Source: Chiloscyllium plagiosum (lineage: Eukaryota). From it: a DNA stretch of 64,000 nt. Where the stretch lies: positions 48,178,378 to 48,242,377 of the forward strand of contig NC_057718.1 in assembly GCF_004010195.1 (NCBI RefSeq), written 5' to 3'. Shown here one piece after another: positions 24,876 to 38,206 of this stretch (position 1 is the stretch's first letter; every line of letters starts with the position of its first letter). Position numbers and translations under genes: made by a program. The notes under the pieces are model-generated. The model had not been told where the DNA came from and searched no databases. It saw only the letters and a list, made by a program, of their open reading frames with translations.

Positions 24876-25425
24876 TGCACCTCAACTTCATGTACACTCA
24901 TCTATAAGGTGTTTTAACTGAAATCTGGCAAAAATGCATATCACATCTATCACATTTTAAATTATAGTGAATCAGTACTCTGCAACTGTGTAAGTGTAAT
25001 CACTTAAAAAAAATTATAAACAGCAATGATCATAATAACTTATTCTCATATAAACTAAATATAATCCAAAGTAGCAATAAATATCTTAAGTGTGATGATC
25101 ATTATAGTTTTTTTTGAAGACTTAGATTTCATTTAGAAATTTGTTAAATAGAAATAATACTGTTTTATTTGCTTATATGCAAATATAGGTAAATACTAAT
25201 AGGTTAGGATAAAAATCTAGGAAAGTGCTATCACAAGTATCTCAATAGTCTCAATTTTGTGAAATTCATTCCAGGTCTTGATCCCTCTACCATGTTGGAT
25301 ATCATGAAAAAGTATAAACTTAATCATGGAAAGTGTAGCATTCAAGATTTTGCTCCAGAAATTGGGAGATAAAATGGTGGCAGTCAGTTAGCAAGATGAT
25401 GCTGTGATGATACTATGAGCATACT

Positions 25426-25983
25426 GGGTGGCATGGTGGCTCAGTGGTTTGTGCTGCTACCTCACAACGCAGGGATCCAGGTTTGATTCCAGCCTTGGGC
25501 AACTGTGTGGAGTTTGCACATTCTCCCTGTGTCTGCATGAGTTTCCTCCCATAGCCCAAAGATGTGCAGGTTAGCTGAATGGTAAAAACAATGACTGCAG
25601 ATGCTGGAAAACAGATTCTGGATTAGTGGTGCTGGAAGAGCACAGCAGTTCAGGCAGCATCTGAGGAGCAGTAAAATTGACATTTCGGGCAAAAGCCCTT
25701 CTATTCCTGATGAAGGGCATTTGCCTGAAACGTCGATTTTACTGCTCCTTGGATGCTGCCTGAACTGCTGTGCTCTTCCAGCACCACTAATCCAGAACCA
25801 GGTTAGCTGAATGGGCCATGCTAAATTGCCCGTAGTGTTTAGGGCTGTCTAAGTTAGCGGCATTAGTCAGTGATAATGTAAAATATTAGGGGTAGGGGAA
25901 TGGGATTAGGTGGGTTACTCTTTGAAGGGTCAGTATGGACTTGTTGGGTCAAATAGCCTGTTTCCACACTGTAGGGATTCTAC
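25426..25983 (+). mobile_element. HE1/V-SINE-type SINE interrupted by a Penelope fold-back
   Basis: SINE head and V-domain at 25426-25582; the SINE resumes at 25799. Confidence 0.85.
25583..25798. mobile_element. Penelope pLTR fold-back (palindromic) insertion
   Basis: Antisense arm 25583-25701, sense arm 25702-25798. 16-bp TSD caggttagctgaatgg at 25567-25582 and 25799-25814. Confidence 0.9.
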
Positions 25984-26263
25984 GATATTGCTTAAGATTT
26001 ACCACGTACCTACTATGAGACATAACATTACAGAAAGCAATGGAAAACCATCATTGACAAAATAAGTTAAGAAAATGGTTCAGAATGAAGCATCAGCAGC
26101 CAATGAGCCACAGCAGAGCATATATGGAAAGGGAGACAAAATGGGTAGCATCTGTATTAAATTAATCGGTGACACTTCATTATGTAATAATAAATTAAAC
26201 ATTTCAACATCTTTTACATTAGCTGTTGAATAGAACTTAAATCGGACAGGCAATGTTTATTAC

Positions 26264-26550
26264 AGTACTCTGATGTCCCACACATTAAAATTGGCATTGG
26301 TGCTCAGACTGGACATTGATTTCTGTTTCTGGAACTTATTGCCATGCATGGACCTTAGAGGCTGCATAGCCGGTAAGAAAATTAGAGGGAATGCTGCCGG
26401 CAGGGAGTTTCCTCATTTCAACAGTTTCAATAGCAGGTTTCATGCTATTCATTGAGCTATCATATGGCCAAATTGCTTCACTAAGACAAGCTTTCAATTT
26501 GTTTCCATGGACGTATGAAATTTCATATTCAAACAGAACAGGAATTTCAA
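26264..26550 (-). pseudogene. Decayed REJ-domain exon of the polycystin-1-like gene
   Basis: Strong acceptor cttgtcctgttttatttgtacag|TT. Phase-1 frame VEIPVLFEYEISYVHG...RKLPAGSIPSNF...KVHAW, then a frameshift to NKF; fits the REJ 'PL.YEFSY...LPAG...N...V.V.N' pattern. The 3' boundary is uncertain. Confidence 0.6.
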
Positions 26551-26636
26551 CTGTACAAATAAAACAGGACAAGTGCAGAGATAATTGAAATCCATAAAGG
26601 GTCAAAAGGACACACACTTGAAAACATGAACCATAC

Positions 26637-26768
26637 CTTGTTTTCCAGTAATTTACACCCAAGTGGTGTCTATGTGAAGTTTAGTGCTGCATAATTCAGA
26701 TGAGTCACCTACTCTGTATTCCCTCTGTCGCATTGGAGCTGACTTTGATACTAATATATTTTTCAGGA
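26637..26768 (-). pseudogene. Decayed REJ-domain exon (132 nt, phase 1-1, one in-frame stop)
   Basis: Acceptor gtaattttgacag|TC, donor AAG|GTATGG, and an 86-nt intron to the next exon. Reads LKNILVSKSAPMRQREYRVGDSSELCSTKLHIDTTWV*ITGKQ. Confidence 0.6.
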
Positions 26769-27072
26769 CTGTCAAAATTACACACACAAATCCATACGGG
26801 TCATGTTTAAATATACTGTGCACTGGAAGTAGATGATGTAATTGTAATATAAAATAGGATACTTGCAGATACTGCACTCAGTTACAAGACACAAAACAGA
26901 GCCTGGATTATAGATCTCAGACTTAATATATGTGCTCCATGCATCAGCAGAAGGGTACATTTTTTTTTACTCTGAAGGCTAGAATTCAAATTATGCCAAA
27001 TTTATTTCAATTAAATTTGGTAGACAGCTGTTAACATAGAGGAAACAAGTTAAAACAGTAAGTTTTGTTATA

Positions 27073-27750
27073 TAGAATTATAGAGATGTACAGCACAGAA
27101 ACAGACCCTTCAGTCCAACTCGTCCATGTCGAGCAGATATCCCAACCTAATCTAGTCCCATTTGTCAGTGCTCGGCCCATATTCCTCTAAACCCTTCCCA
27201 TTCATATACCAATCAGATGTCTTTAAATGCTGTAATTGTACCAGCCTCCACCACTTCCTCTGATAGCTAATTCCATACATGCACTACCCTCTGCATGAAA
27301 AAATAACCCTTTAGTTCCCTTTTATATCTTTCCCCTCTCACCCTAAGCCTATGCCCCCTAGTTCTGGATTCCTCCACCCCAAGGAAAAGACCTTGTCTAT
27401 TTATCCTATCCATACCCCTCATGATTTTATAAACCTCTATAAGGTCATCCCTCAGCCTCCGATGCTCCAGGGAAAACAGCCCTGATCTATTCTGTGTCTC
27501 CCTATAGCTCAAATCCTCCAATCCTGGCAACATTCTTGTAAATCTTTCAAGTTTCACAACATCCTTCCGATAGAAATGAGACTAGAAGTGCATATAATAT
27601 TTGAAAAGTAGCCTAACCAATGTCCTGTACAGCTGCAACATAACCTCCCAACTCCTATACTCAGTGGTCTGACCAATAAAGGAAAGCGTACTAAATGCCT
27701 TCTTCACTATCCTATCCACCTGTGACTCTATTTTCAAGGAACTATGCTCA
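27073..27750 (-). mobile_element. CR1 LINE 3' fragment
   Basis: RFTRMLPGLEDLSYRE...LFSLEHRRLRDDLIEVYKIM...RVVHVWN. Confidence 0.9.
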
Positions 27751-27799
27751 TGTTCAAAAAGTGACAGCATGGCAGAGATAGAAATCAGGTTATCACTAT

Positions 27800-28325
27800 A
27801 GGAACATAAGGAAATGCGATCAGGAATAGGCCATTCAGCCCATTGAGCCCTTCTCTGCCATTCAATTAGACCATGGCTGAACATCTACCTTAATGTCACT
27901 TTCTTGTTTCGTCTCCATAATCCTCAATGTTATTAGAATCCAGAAATCTATCAATTGCTATCTTGCACTTCCTTACTGAATGAGATGCCACAGCCCTCAG
28001 GTAAAAGCTTTCAAAGTTTCACCACCTTCTGATTGAAGAAATACCTCATCTCAATCTTAAAGGAGATGCTTCTTTTTCTGATACTCTGTCCCCTGGGTCT
28101 ACACTCACTAGTCAGGGGAAACATCTTCGTATATCCATCTTGCATTGTCCTGTAGAAATGTTTAGGTTTCACTGACTTCTCATTATTTGAAACTCTAGAG
28201 AATCTTGGCCTGGTTTTCTCAATCTCTCCTCACAAAAACAATCCTGCCATCACAGGGATTAGTCTTTTCTTAGATGAAGAGACCAAACTGAACACAACAC
28301 TCTAGGTGTGATCTCACCTAGGCTG
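27800..28325 (-). mobile_element. Older CR1 LINE 3' fragment
   Basis: CR1-type 3' UTR on the minus strand (gaacataaggaaatgcgatcaggaataggccattcagccc on plus) with degenerate ORF2 end. Confidence 0.65.
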
Positions 28326-28789
28326 TTGAAGCAAAACTGAAGCAAAACATTTTTACCACTAATTTGGTTACAGGAGGTGACTTGCTGGATTTAGAACTGA
28401 GACATGAGGAGTTCACCGTCTCTTCCTAATCTCAATACTCCATAGATCACAGCATAAATATAACTGCTTTACTAATTCCTCACATGGCTCATCAGATGCC
28501 TTCTCTATATTAGCCTTGAAATATAAAGATCAACCAAGGTTCTTTCAATTACACAGAATTATTGATCTGGTATAAAACAAAATGGATTCCATGGAGACAC
28601 AGAATTGGTTAACAAATCGAGTTTGCAATATGGAAATATAAATATTTACCCAGCTAAATTATCTTCATCACATTCACACACACATATTAAAAAAAGGGAA
28701 GAAATTCTCTCTACAGAGATTCACTTTAGTTATAAAGAAGAACAATAATGGTTAGTTCTTGAAGAGAAAAAAGAGAAGCAGTGTTTTGT

Positions 28790-30470
28790 ACAGGAATAAG
28801 ACAGTGCTATTTTCTGGGTCTGTAGATTGAAAGAAGCAATAATGGCCTTTAGTAGAGTGATATGCTCTTCTTATCGGATGTTGGAGTTTAGGGAGAGTTT
28901 ACATGTTACTGAGGATTATATCTGCAATTAAATGCTGTTGGTTGCGAATCCTATTAGATCGAATGGATTGGTTGGAGAGACAGAGGCAATGAGGAATTTA
29001 CAAGAGCAAGGGGATGTGGTGGATGATATTTATAGGAGGGAGAAAAGTTGCAGATACAGTCACATAGATGGGTTAACTCCAGGAAAGGTAAGAGAGGTAG
29101 GCAGATTGTGCAGGAGTCTTCTATGGCTATCCCCATTTCAAACAGGTATGCTGTTTTGGAAAATGTAGGGGGTGATGGGTTCTCAGGGGAATGTAGCACA
29201 AACAGCCAAGTTTTTGGTTTCGAGACTGGCTCTGATGCAATGAGGAGTACGGCGGGTTCCAAGAGATCAATTTGTGTTAGGGGATTTTCTAATCCGAGGC
29301 ACAGATAGATGTTTCTGTGGCCAGCAGTGAAAAATCAGAATGGTGTGTTGCTTCCCTGTGCCAGGATCAAGGATGTCTCAGAGGGGGTGTAGAATGTTCG
29401 TCAATCTCATTGCACACATTGGAACCAATAACATAGGAAGGAAAATGGATGAGATTCTGAAGGGAGAATTAGGGAGGAATTTAAAAAGGAGATCCTCGAC
29501 AGTAGTAATATCTGGATTACTTCCGGTGATGCGAGCTAGTGAGGGTAGGAATAGGAAGATAGAGCAGATGAATGCATGGTTGAGGAGCTGATGTATGGGA
29601 AAACAATTCACATTTTTGGATCATTGGAATCTCTTGTGACCTGTACAAGAAGGACTGATTGCATCTCAATTGGAAGGGGACTAATATACTGGCAGGGAGA
29701 TTTGCTAGAGCTGCTCAGGCAGATTTAAATTATTAAGGTGGGGGAGTGGGACCCAGGGAGATAGTGAGGAAAAAGATCAATCTGAGACTGGGACAGTTGA
29801 TAAAAGATGTGAGTCAAACAGTCAGGACAGGCAGGAACAAAGCAGAGAACAAGGCAGGACTGATAAATTAAACTGCATTTATTTCAATGCAAGGGGCCTA
29901 ACAGGGAAGGCAGATGAACTCGGGGCATGGTTAGGAACATGGGACTGGGATATCATAGCAATTACAGAAACATTGCTCAGGGATGGGCAGGACAGGCAGT
30001 TAATGTTCCAGGATACAAATGCTACAGGAAGGACAGAAAGGGAGGCAAGAGTGGAGGGGGAGTGGTGTTTTTGATAAGAGATAGCATTACAGCTGTACTG
30101 AGGGAGGATATTCCTGGAAATACATCCAGAGAAGTTATTTGGGTGGAACTGAGAAATAAGAAAGGGATGATCACCTTATTAGGATTGTATTATAGACCCC
30201 CTAATAGTCAGAGGGAAATTGAGCAACAAATTTGTAAGAAGATTTCACTTATCTGTAAGAATAATAGGGTGGTTATGGTTGGGGATGTTAACTTTCCGAA
30301 CATTGACTAGAATTACCATAGTGTTAAGGGTTTAGAAGGAGAGGACTTTGTTAAGTGTGTACAAGAAAATTTTCTGATTCAATATGTGGATGTACCAATG
30401 AGAGAAGGTGCAAAACTTGACCTACTCTTGGGAAATAAGGCAGGGCAGGTGACTGAGGTGTCAGTGGGGG
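28790..30470 (+). mobile_element. CR1 LINE 5' part (ORF1 with SGNH-esterase-like domain + APE endonuclease), 3'-truncated
   Basis: IPISNRYAVLE, VCCFP, HIGTNNIG; EN motifs YFNARG, RKDR..GGGV, LYYRPPNS, GDVNFPNID. Same family as 50841-54855. Confidence 0.9.
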
Positions 30471-31733
30471 GAATAAGGGATAGCATTTTTGCAGGAGGCA
30501 GGGTGGGAGGACTTTAAAGAAAGCGGCCATCTGGTGTGTTCTGTGATGAAATTGGTCCTCCTGGAAACAGATGAGGTGGATTCGGAGGAATTGGGAATAA
30601 TGGATAGCATTTTTGCAGGAGGCAAGGTGGAAGGACTTATTCCCAATTCCTCTGCCTCCACCGCATCTCTTCAGGGGGGGACTAATTTCACCACAGAACA
30701 CACCAGATAGCTTCCTTCTTTAAAGACCGCAATTTCCCCTCCCACGTGGTTGATGATGCCCTCCAACACATTTCATCCACATCCTGCACTTCTGCCCTCG
30801 AACCTCACCCCTCCAACTGCAACAAGGAGAGAACCCTCCTGGTCCTCACCTTCCACCCCACCAACCTCCGTATACATCGCATTATCCTCCGCCATTTCCA
30901 CCACCTACAAATGGACACCACCATTAGAAATATATTTCCCTCCCACCCCTAACCCTTTCCATAAAGACCGTTCCCGCCACAACTCCCTGGTCAGGTCCAT
31001 GCCCCCTAACAACCCACCCTCTTCTCTCAGCACCTTCTCCTGCCACCGTAGGAATTGCAAAACCTGCACCCACACCTCTCCCCGTCACCTCCATCCAAGG
31101 CCCCATGAGGAGCCTTGCACATCCATCAAGTTTCACCTGCATTTCCACACGTCATTTATTGCTCCCAATGCAGTCTCCTCTACATTGGGGAGACAGGACG
31201 CCTACTCGCAGAGCGCTTCAGAGAACATCTCCGGGACACCCGTAACAATCAACCCCACCACCCCGTGGCTGAACATTTCAACACCCCTCCCACTATGCAG
31301 AGGATACGCAGGTCCTGGGCCTCCTCCATCGCCACTCCTTTACCACCTGACGCCTGGAGGAATAATGCCTCACCTTCCACCTCAGGACCCTCCAACCTCA
31401 TGGATTCAATGTGGATTTCCTCATTTCCCCTCCCCACACCTTACCTCAGTTCCAACCTGCCAGCTCAGCACTGTCCTCATGACCTGTCCCACCTCTCAAT
31501 CTTCCTTCCCACCTATCCACTCCACCCTCCCCTCCAACCTATAACCTTCACCCCACTTCCATCCGCCTATTGCACTCTCAGCTACCTTGCCCCCAGCCCA
31601 ACCCCTGTCCCATTTATCTCTCCACTCCTGAGGCTCCTAGCCTCATTCCTCATGAAGGGCTTTTACCCGAAACATCAATTTTCCTGCTCCTCAGATGCGG
31701 TTTGACTGGCTGTGCTTTTCCAGCACCACACTG
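30471..31733 (+). mobile_element. Penelope-like retroelement (RT thumb, GIY-YIG endonuclease, pLTR) with inverted 5' segment
   Basis: VIYCSQCSLLYIGETGRLLAERFREHLRD..PVAEHFN (GIY-YIG). 30471-30636 holds antisense RT pieces; pLTR at 31640-31733. Confidence 0.9.
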
Positions 31734-33037
31734 TCAGCTATAATGTAATGGACATTTGGCTCTAGCTTTAGGACCTCAAGGGTGAACCAGGGTTGAAGGG
31801 ATTGAGTGTTGAAAGGTTGGCATTCTAGAGTATGGAGGTGTGAAGGAGGAAAGGTATGGCATCCAGAGTGGGTTGGGATGGGGCAGGGGTTTGTATTCAG
31901 TGAGGGTCAGATCAATGATAAATGGCAGGGTTGGGGCTATTATCATTGGAATCCTGTAGGTTGAGTTGAATGTGTTGTTTGGTGGAGGCAACAGTTACAT
32001 TGAAGAGTTAGGGACAGTGCATTCAAAGGCCTCACAGGCTGATGCATGAGAGAAAACAAATACAATAAGGCTGATGATAGGAGGATTTAGGATAAAAGTG
32101 AACACCTTGATGGTGGCAGATGTAAGCACAGTAGATGGCATATCCAGGTCAATAGCAATAGGGTCCAGGAAAATAGAGGATCAAAGGTTACAGAATAAGC
32201 TCAATAGATTCTGTTGACTGGGCCAAAGGTACTGGAGACAAGTGTGAAGATGATAGGAGAAGGACGGAAGGTACTTTATCAAGTTGGAAGGTTACATACA
32301 CCTCCATCCTTTCTGAGTCACTTCATAGGCATTTGGGATTGTCAGGATTGCAAATTGAAGTGGGAACAGACAAATGTAGGATGGGTGGTCTTTCCAGTGT
32401 AACATAAGGATTTTAAAAATTCTTTGCTCAATAGTTGAATGCATGAACAACAGGCAAACAATTACTGGAAGACCCTGGGTCTCATTCAGTCAATATTCCT
32501 GCTGTTGCCTTTTAACAACCAAGGTCACATTGTGCTTCATTTCTCCATCAATGATAACAGCTAGTCAGCACGGTCAGCCATGTTTGGTGTTATTGCGCAG
32601 TTCCTCGAAAACACTTGAGGTATTTGAGTTCCTTGTAGTCTGACAGCTGAATTTGTGAACTCTTATTTTGCAGTACGGTAAGTGCATGTAGCATCATTCT
32701 TCCTCAGGTAAGAGTGAACTAAAAGAGCCTCAGGAGGAGGTTAGGATTAGGGTTGCAAAGCGTGAGTGTAAATGTGAATGACCCTTTTATAGGGATCAGA
32801 ATTATAGAGATACATGCATTAGATACAAGGGATAACCTGATCTATATATGGTTCACCCAACAGCAAGGCAGCCCTGTGACCATTGTCTCATAAGAATTCC
32901 ATTGCTTTCCTGAGATACCATTAAATTTCGTTCTCAAACTAAGCAGTTCTCAAAAATGACAACTATGTGCTCCAGAATATTCTTAAGACTGTGACAGGAG
33001 GAACATACTGATAATCAAGCCCCACCACTTCACCAGT

Positions 33038-34718
33038 TATAGAGTCATTGAGATGTACAGCATGGAAACAGATCCTTCGGTCCAACCCATCCATGCTGAC
33101 TAGATATCCCAACCCAATCTAGTCCCACCTGCCAGCACCCGGCTCATATCCCTCCAAACCCTTCCTATTCATATACCCATCCAAATGCCTCTTAAATGTT
33201 GCAATTGTACCAGCCTCCACCACTTCCTCTGGCAGTTCATTCCATACACATAGCACCCTCTGTGTGAAAAAGTTGCCCCTTAGGTCTCTTTTATATCTTT
33301 CCCCTCTCACTCTAAACCTATGCCCTCTAGTTCTGGACTCCCTGACCCCAGAAAAAAAACTTTGCTTATTTACCCTATCCATGCCCCTCATAATTTTGTA
33401 AACCTCTATAAGGTCACCCCTCAGCCTCCACGCTCCAGGTAAAATAGCCCCAGCCTGTTCAGCCTCTCCCTATAGCTCAAATCTTCCAACCCTGGCAACG
33501 TTCTTGTTAATCTCTTCTGAACCCTTTCAAGTTTCACAACATCTTTCCGATAGGAAGGAGACCAGAATTGCATGCAATATTTCAACAGTGGCCTAATCAA
33601 TGTCCTGTATAGTCACAACATGACTTCCCAACTCTTGTACTCAATACTCTGACCAATAAAGGAAAGCATACCAAACAACTTCTTCACTATCCTATCTACC
33701 TGCAACTCCACTTTCAAGGAGCTATGAACCTGCACTCCAAGGTCTCTTTGTTCAGCAACACTCCCTAGGACCTTACCATTAAGTGTATAAGTCCTGCTAA
33801 GATTTGTCACCATCTATTTCCTTACAGTCTATATCTTCCATATCCTTTTCCACAGTAAATACTGATGCAAAATATTCATTTAGTATCTCCCCTCCATTTT
33901 CTGCGGCTCCACACAAAGGCTGCCTTGCTGATCTTTGAGGGGCCCTATTCTCTCCCTAGTTACCTTTTTGTCCTTAATATATTTGAAAAAGCCTTTGGAT
34001 TCTCCTTAATTCTATTTGCCAAAGCTATCTCATGTCCCCTTTTTGCGTTCTTGATTTCCCTCTTAAGTATAATCCTACTTCCTTTATACTCTTATAAGGA
34101 TTCACTCGATCTATCCTGTCTATACCTGACATATGCTTCTTTTTTCTGAACCAAACCCTCAATTTCTTTAGTCATCCAGCATTCCCTGTACCTACCAGCC
34201 TTTCCTTTCACCCTGACAGGAATATACTTTCTCTGGATTGTTGTTATCTCATTTCTGAAGGCTTCCCATTTTCCAGCCGTCCCAATCAGCTTTCGAAAAT
34301 TCTTGCCTAATACCGCCAAAATTGGCCTTTCTCTAATTTAGAAATTCAACTTTTAGATCTGGTCTATCCTTTTCCATCACTACTTTAAAATGAATAGAAT
34401 TATGGTCGCTGGCCCCAAAGTGCTCCCCCACTGACACCTCAGTCATCTGCCCTGCCTTATGTCCCAAGAGTAGGTCAAGTTTTGCACTTTCTCTAGTAGG
34501 TACATCCACATATGGAATCAGAAAATTGTCTTGTACGCACTTAAGAAATTCCTCTCCATCTAAACCTTTAACACTATGACAGTCCCAGTCAATGTTTGGA
34601 AAGTTAAAATCCCCTACCATAATTACTCTATTATTCTTACAGATAGCTGAGATCTCCTTACAAATTTGTTTCTCAATTTCCCTCTGACTATTAGGTGGTT
34701 TATAATACAATCCAATTA
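33038..34718 (-). mobile_element. CR1 LINE, 5'-truncated, with internal deletion of the RT core
   Basis: EN motifs (LYYKPPNS, GDFNFPNIDW, ASDHN) at 34333-34718. The sequence jumps at ~33805 from the tether to YTLNGKVLG..QRDLGV, then the canonical 3' end. Confidence 0.92.
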
Positions 34719-36284
34719 TCATCATGGCCAAGTTTTCTCCTTGCTATGACTATTAAAAATAATAGAATTGTTACCATGTTTCTTTAATGAACTCAGAATG
34801 ACCTGTTTATTATTAACAAAACTTGTTGTGAAAGCAAGTGGCAACTACTGATTAACATCTAAGTTATGATCTAGAATTAAAACTATATCCCTCTTAATCC
34901 CACACATACACTCACTTGCAATGAAAACAAGACAAGTCACTGCAGGGTCTGCAGAAATGGGATTTTTTAAAAAAAGGCAAAAGGGTAAAAAAACAACTCG
35001 AGTGGACAAAGGTCTGGAAACAAAATATAAAAACATTGAAGAGCTGAAGTGATGTTTGAGTTGCACTGAGGGCTGGCATAATAGTATAGTGAAGCTGGTG
35101 GCTTGTTGCTGGTGACTTGTGTGGGTTGGTGGAGGAGGACGATGGTCAAGAACTGTGCAGGGACAATGTTCTGAAGAAGCAGTTGTGGGCGAGGGGTTAA
35201 TGTCAGGTGAATGAAGGGTTAGCGTGGCAGGTAGGTGATGGTGTTAAGAGCTAACACATGGTGGCGTATCAGGGTGCCAGAATGACGAAGGAGGGAGGGG
35301 TAGGATGCCAGGTGGGATTTAGGGAGCAGGATGTAGGTAAATAGGTGAATTCTTTAGATGGATCAAGGCGTCAGGCCAGGTAGCTCTGTTGGGTCCTGTG
35401 GGGTCAAGTTGAGTTGAGCAAAGTCCAATTGTATCAGCTCCTGGGACATGGGGTCTATTCGGGTCAGGTCAGAGTGGAAGGTGTTGGTGTGAAATAGCAC
35501 ATATTAGGATGGGAATTTGAATCAGACATGAGGGGCAATACAGTGGCCCAGGAGGTCATTTTTAATGATCACATTTAATAAGATATGACAAGCAATATCA
35601 TTGAACTTTGCAATGAGAATCCCTGAAAAAACTTGACAAAACTAGCCATTGCCAAAAAACAATGTAAGGCTCAGCCCTAAGTTTAAGAAATTAAAACTTT
35701 CAAAGGAAATAATAACAACTTAAAATCCTCAAAGTCCTCTTAAATGAGATACTTTTAAACTTGTCCATTTTCTTGATTATATGTGTTTCATAATTAATTT
35801 AACCACCAGGAACCGAATGTGGAAATATGTAACAAATTCCTTTATTGTGCAAAAAGAATTCCTTTTGTAGAACTGCTCTATATGGCTCAGGAAGGTGCAA
35901 TGTTGTTTCTCATCCTGTGTTGAGATAGCTTTCAACTGAGCTGACACTTCCCTTGTTTGCCTCAGTAATTGTGATCTAATAAAGGGAAAACTCAGTAGGA
36001 ATTTTGCTCTGAACTTTTATTGATTACACCCTGTGAAACAATGTTGACATTTTCTTTCCATTCAAGATTTTTTCTAACAGTCTAACATTGATGTAAAGAG
36101 AGGTAGGCATAGGACTCTCATGCTGCTACAGTTAAATAATATGGCAACACTCACTGACTAGGTTGATCTGTGAACAATGTCTAATTCAAAAAGGTGCTAG
36201 GGATCAGCTGCCAGCAGTAAAATTATATCAGAGTAAGTGCAGAAGAGACAATATGGAAATAACGGGAAAGTTGTCATTGTTCCA

Positions 36285-36448
36285 CTGTCTGATTAGAGAG
36301 CGACATTTGGTGGTGCTTTTCATCTGAAGGTCACCATGTCTTGGTTGAGAAAGCAGGATCTCCACAGTAATCTCAGCAGTGCAGGGATTAACCTCACATC
36401 AATCTATATCACAAACCAGATGGCTAGCCAACTGAGATAACCAACCAC
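36285..36448 (-). mobile_element. Possible old tRNA-derived SINE fragment
   Basis: Minus strand begins ggttggttatctcagttggctag...gaggttaatccc (A/B-box-like). Confidence 0.4.
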
Positions 36449-36481
36449 TTAATGGGGAGCAACTGGCAAATTAAATTGCAA

Positions 36482-36883
36482 TGGTAAAAACAAGGGCTGC
36501 AAATGCTGGAAACCAGATTCTAGATTAGAGTGGTGCTGAAAAAGCACAGCAGTTCAGGCAGCACCCGAGGAGCAGGAAAATCGACATTTCGTGCAAAAGT
36601 CCTTTCTACCCCTCCCTCCTTCACCATTCTGGCACCCTGATACCTCACCATGTGTTAGCTCCTAACACCATCACCTACCTGCCACGCTAACACTTCATTC
36701 ACCTGGCATTAACCCCTCACCCACAACTGCTTCTTCAGAACATTGTCCCTGCACACTTCTTGACCATCATCCTCCTCAACCAACACTCTATTCCTGATGA
36801 AGGGCTTTTGCCTAAAACATCGATTTTCCTGCTCCTCGGATGCTGCCTGAACTGCTGTGCTTTTCCAGCACCACTCAAATCTA
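36482..36883. mobile_element. Penelope pLTR fold-back containing a captured inverted copy of 35125-35303
   Basis: Antisense arm 36482-36604, foreign insert 36606-36784, sense arm 36788-36883. 14-bp TSD aaattaaattgcaa at 36468-36481 and 36884-36897. Confidence 0.9.
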
Positions 36884-38206
36884 AAATTAAATTGCAAGTA
36901 AAAGATCCAAAAAGCTGCTGCAAAGCATACATTCACACCCATAAACCCATAAAATCACATGGAGATACAGATTTGGTTGCTGGTTCTTGGTGGAGGGTGT
37001 GTGCATGAGTGGTGGTGTACTGGCCTTATCCTTCTTGAATAATGCCACACTCCCCTTTCTTCCTTTTAGTTTTCCATCTTTCCCTCATTCATCAACAGCA
37101 CCCATGGGAAGGAACATCCATAGGCATGATGACCATCAACACTCTCTATTATGGTAGAGTTGGTGGTGGTGTTGGATGTTTTGTTGATCTTTGTTGAGGT
37201 GAACAAGAGACCCTCGCTCTACTTGGTTGAAAATCCATCTTACGGATCACACAACCAAACAAAGCGCAGAGATATTTGTAAAGGTCCAGCACTTTTACCA
37301 ATATTATGGCACAAATGGGCAGAATGTAATAGTTGTGGTGAGGTCCCACTCACCAGCCATAAAGCCAATGGAAACCTTGCCATGGGCATTCCCAGGAGGC
37401 CTATTGTAGACATAATCCCTACCTATTGCGTGTCAGGCTTCCTTGTTCCTGTCCTCAGAAATCCTGGTGCTGGTGGATATTCTGACTTTGAGAACTGATG
37501 ACCAATCAGAGGCCAGCAGTGCTACCGGATGCAGCAGCTATGGCAGTGTGGGCTACTGGCCCTTAAGAGCATGGAAAACTGCTGGAGCCTCAGAAGAAAA
37601 GTAAGTGAGGATGAATTTGTTGAGGCCAGATAGGGAATCCTTAATGAGAGGGGCAGGGGTGTTATTTAAAAGACAGAGAAGAGTCTTACTCATGGTCCAT
37701 CTGTCACTGCTAGTGGGGGCATCTGTCGGGCACAAAGTGCCCTTCAAGATCACTGGCTCATTCCAAGATTTTAAGCCTGTATGGAGGGGCTCTTATCAGT
37801 GCTGGTAACATGTCAATAGAATAGGGTATGGCCCTTAACTATTTCAATTAGACCCTGGATGCGAAAGTCATCCTTGAGTATTCCTGCCTTGGCCTAAATT
37901 GGAAGGATGCAGGATCCCACACCTAACGTCCAAATACACAGTACCCCTGCCTTGGGTTCACCTCCACATGAGTGGGGAAAGTTGTACCCCATATTTCATT
38001 GTTCTGGTTGTGAATGACACAGAACATAAAGCAGGCATGTATCTTGGGAGGAACCGATGATAACATTATCCATTATCATAAACACATTTGAATATCAGCA
38101 TTGCTGCAGACGCAGGAGGAAGATGGGGTCCATATGAAGGAGAAATTTTATTAGTTCAAAAACAGGATGGAAACTTATCAAAAACAGGACTGGACCACTA
38201 CTTTAC

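Noticed and set aside
30178..34718. Apparent ~290-bp inverted repeat between 30178-30468 and 34427-34718
   Set aside because: It is explained by two oppositely oriented copies of the same CR1 family; no shared TSD is visible.
37151..37498. 115-aa plus-strand ORF
   Set aside because: No recognisable domain or convincing splice context; probably decayed transposon sequence.
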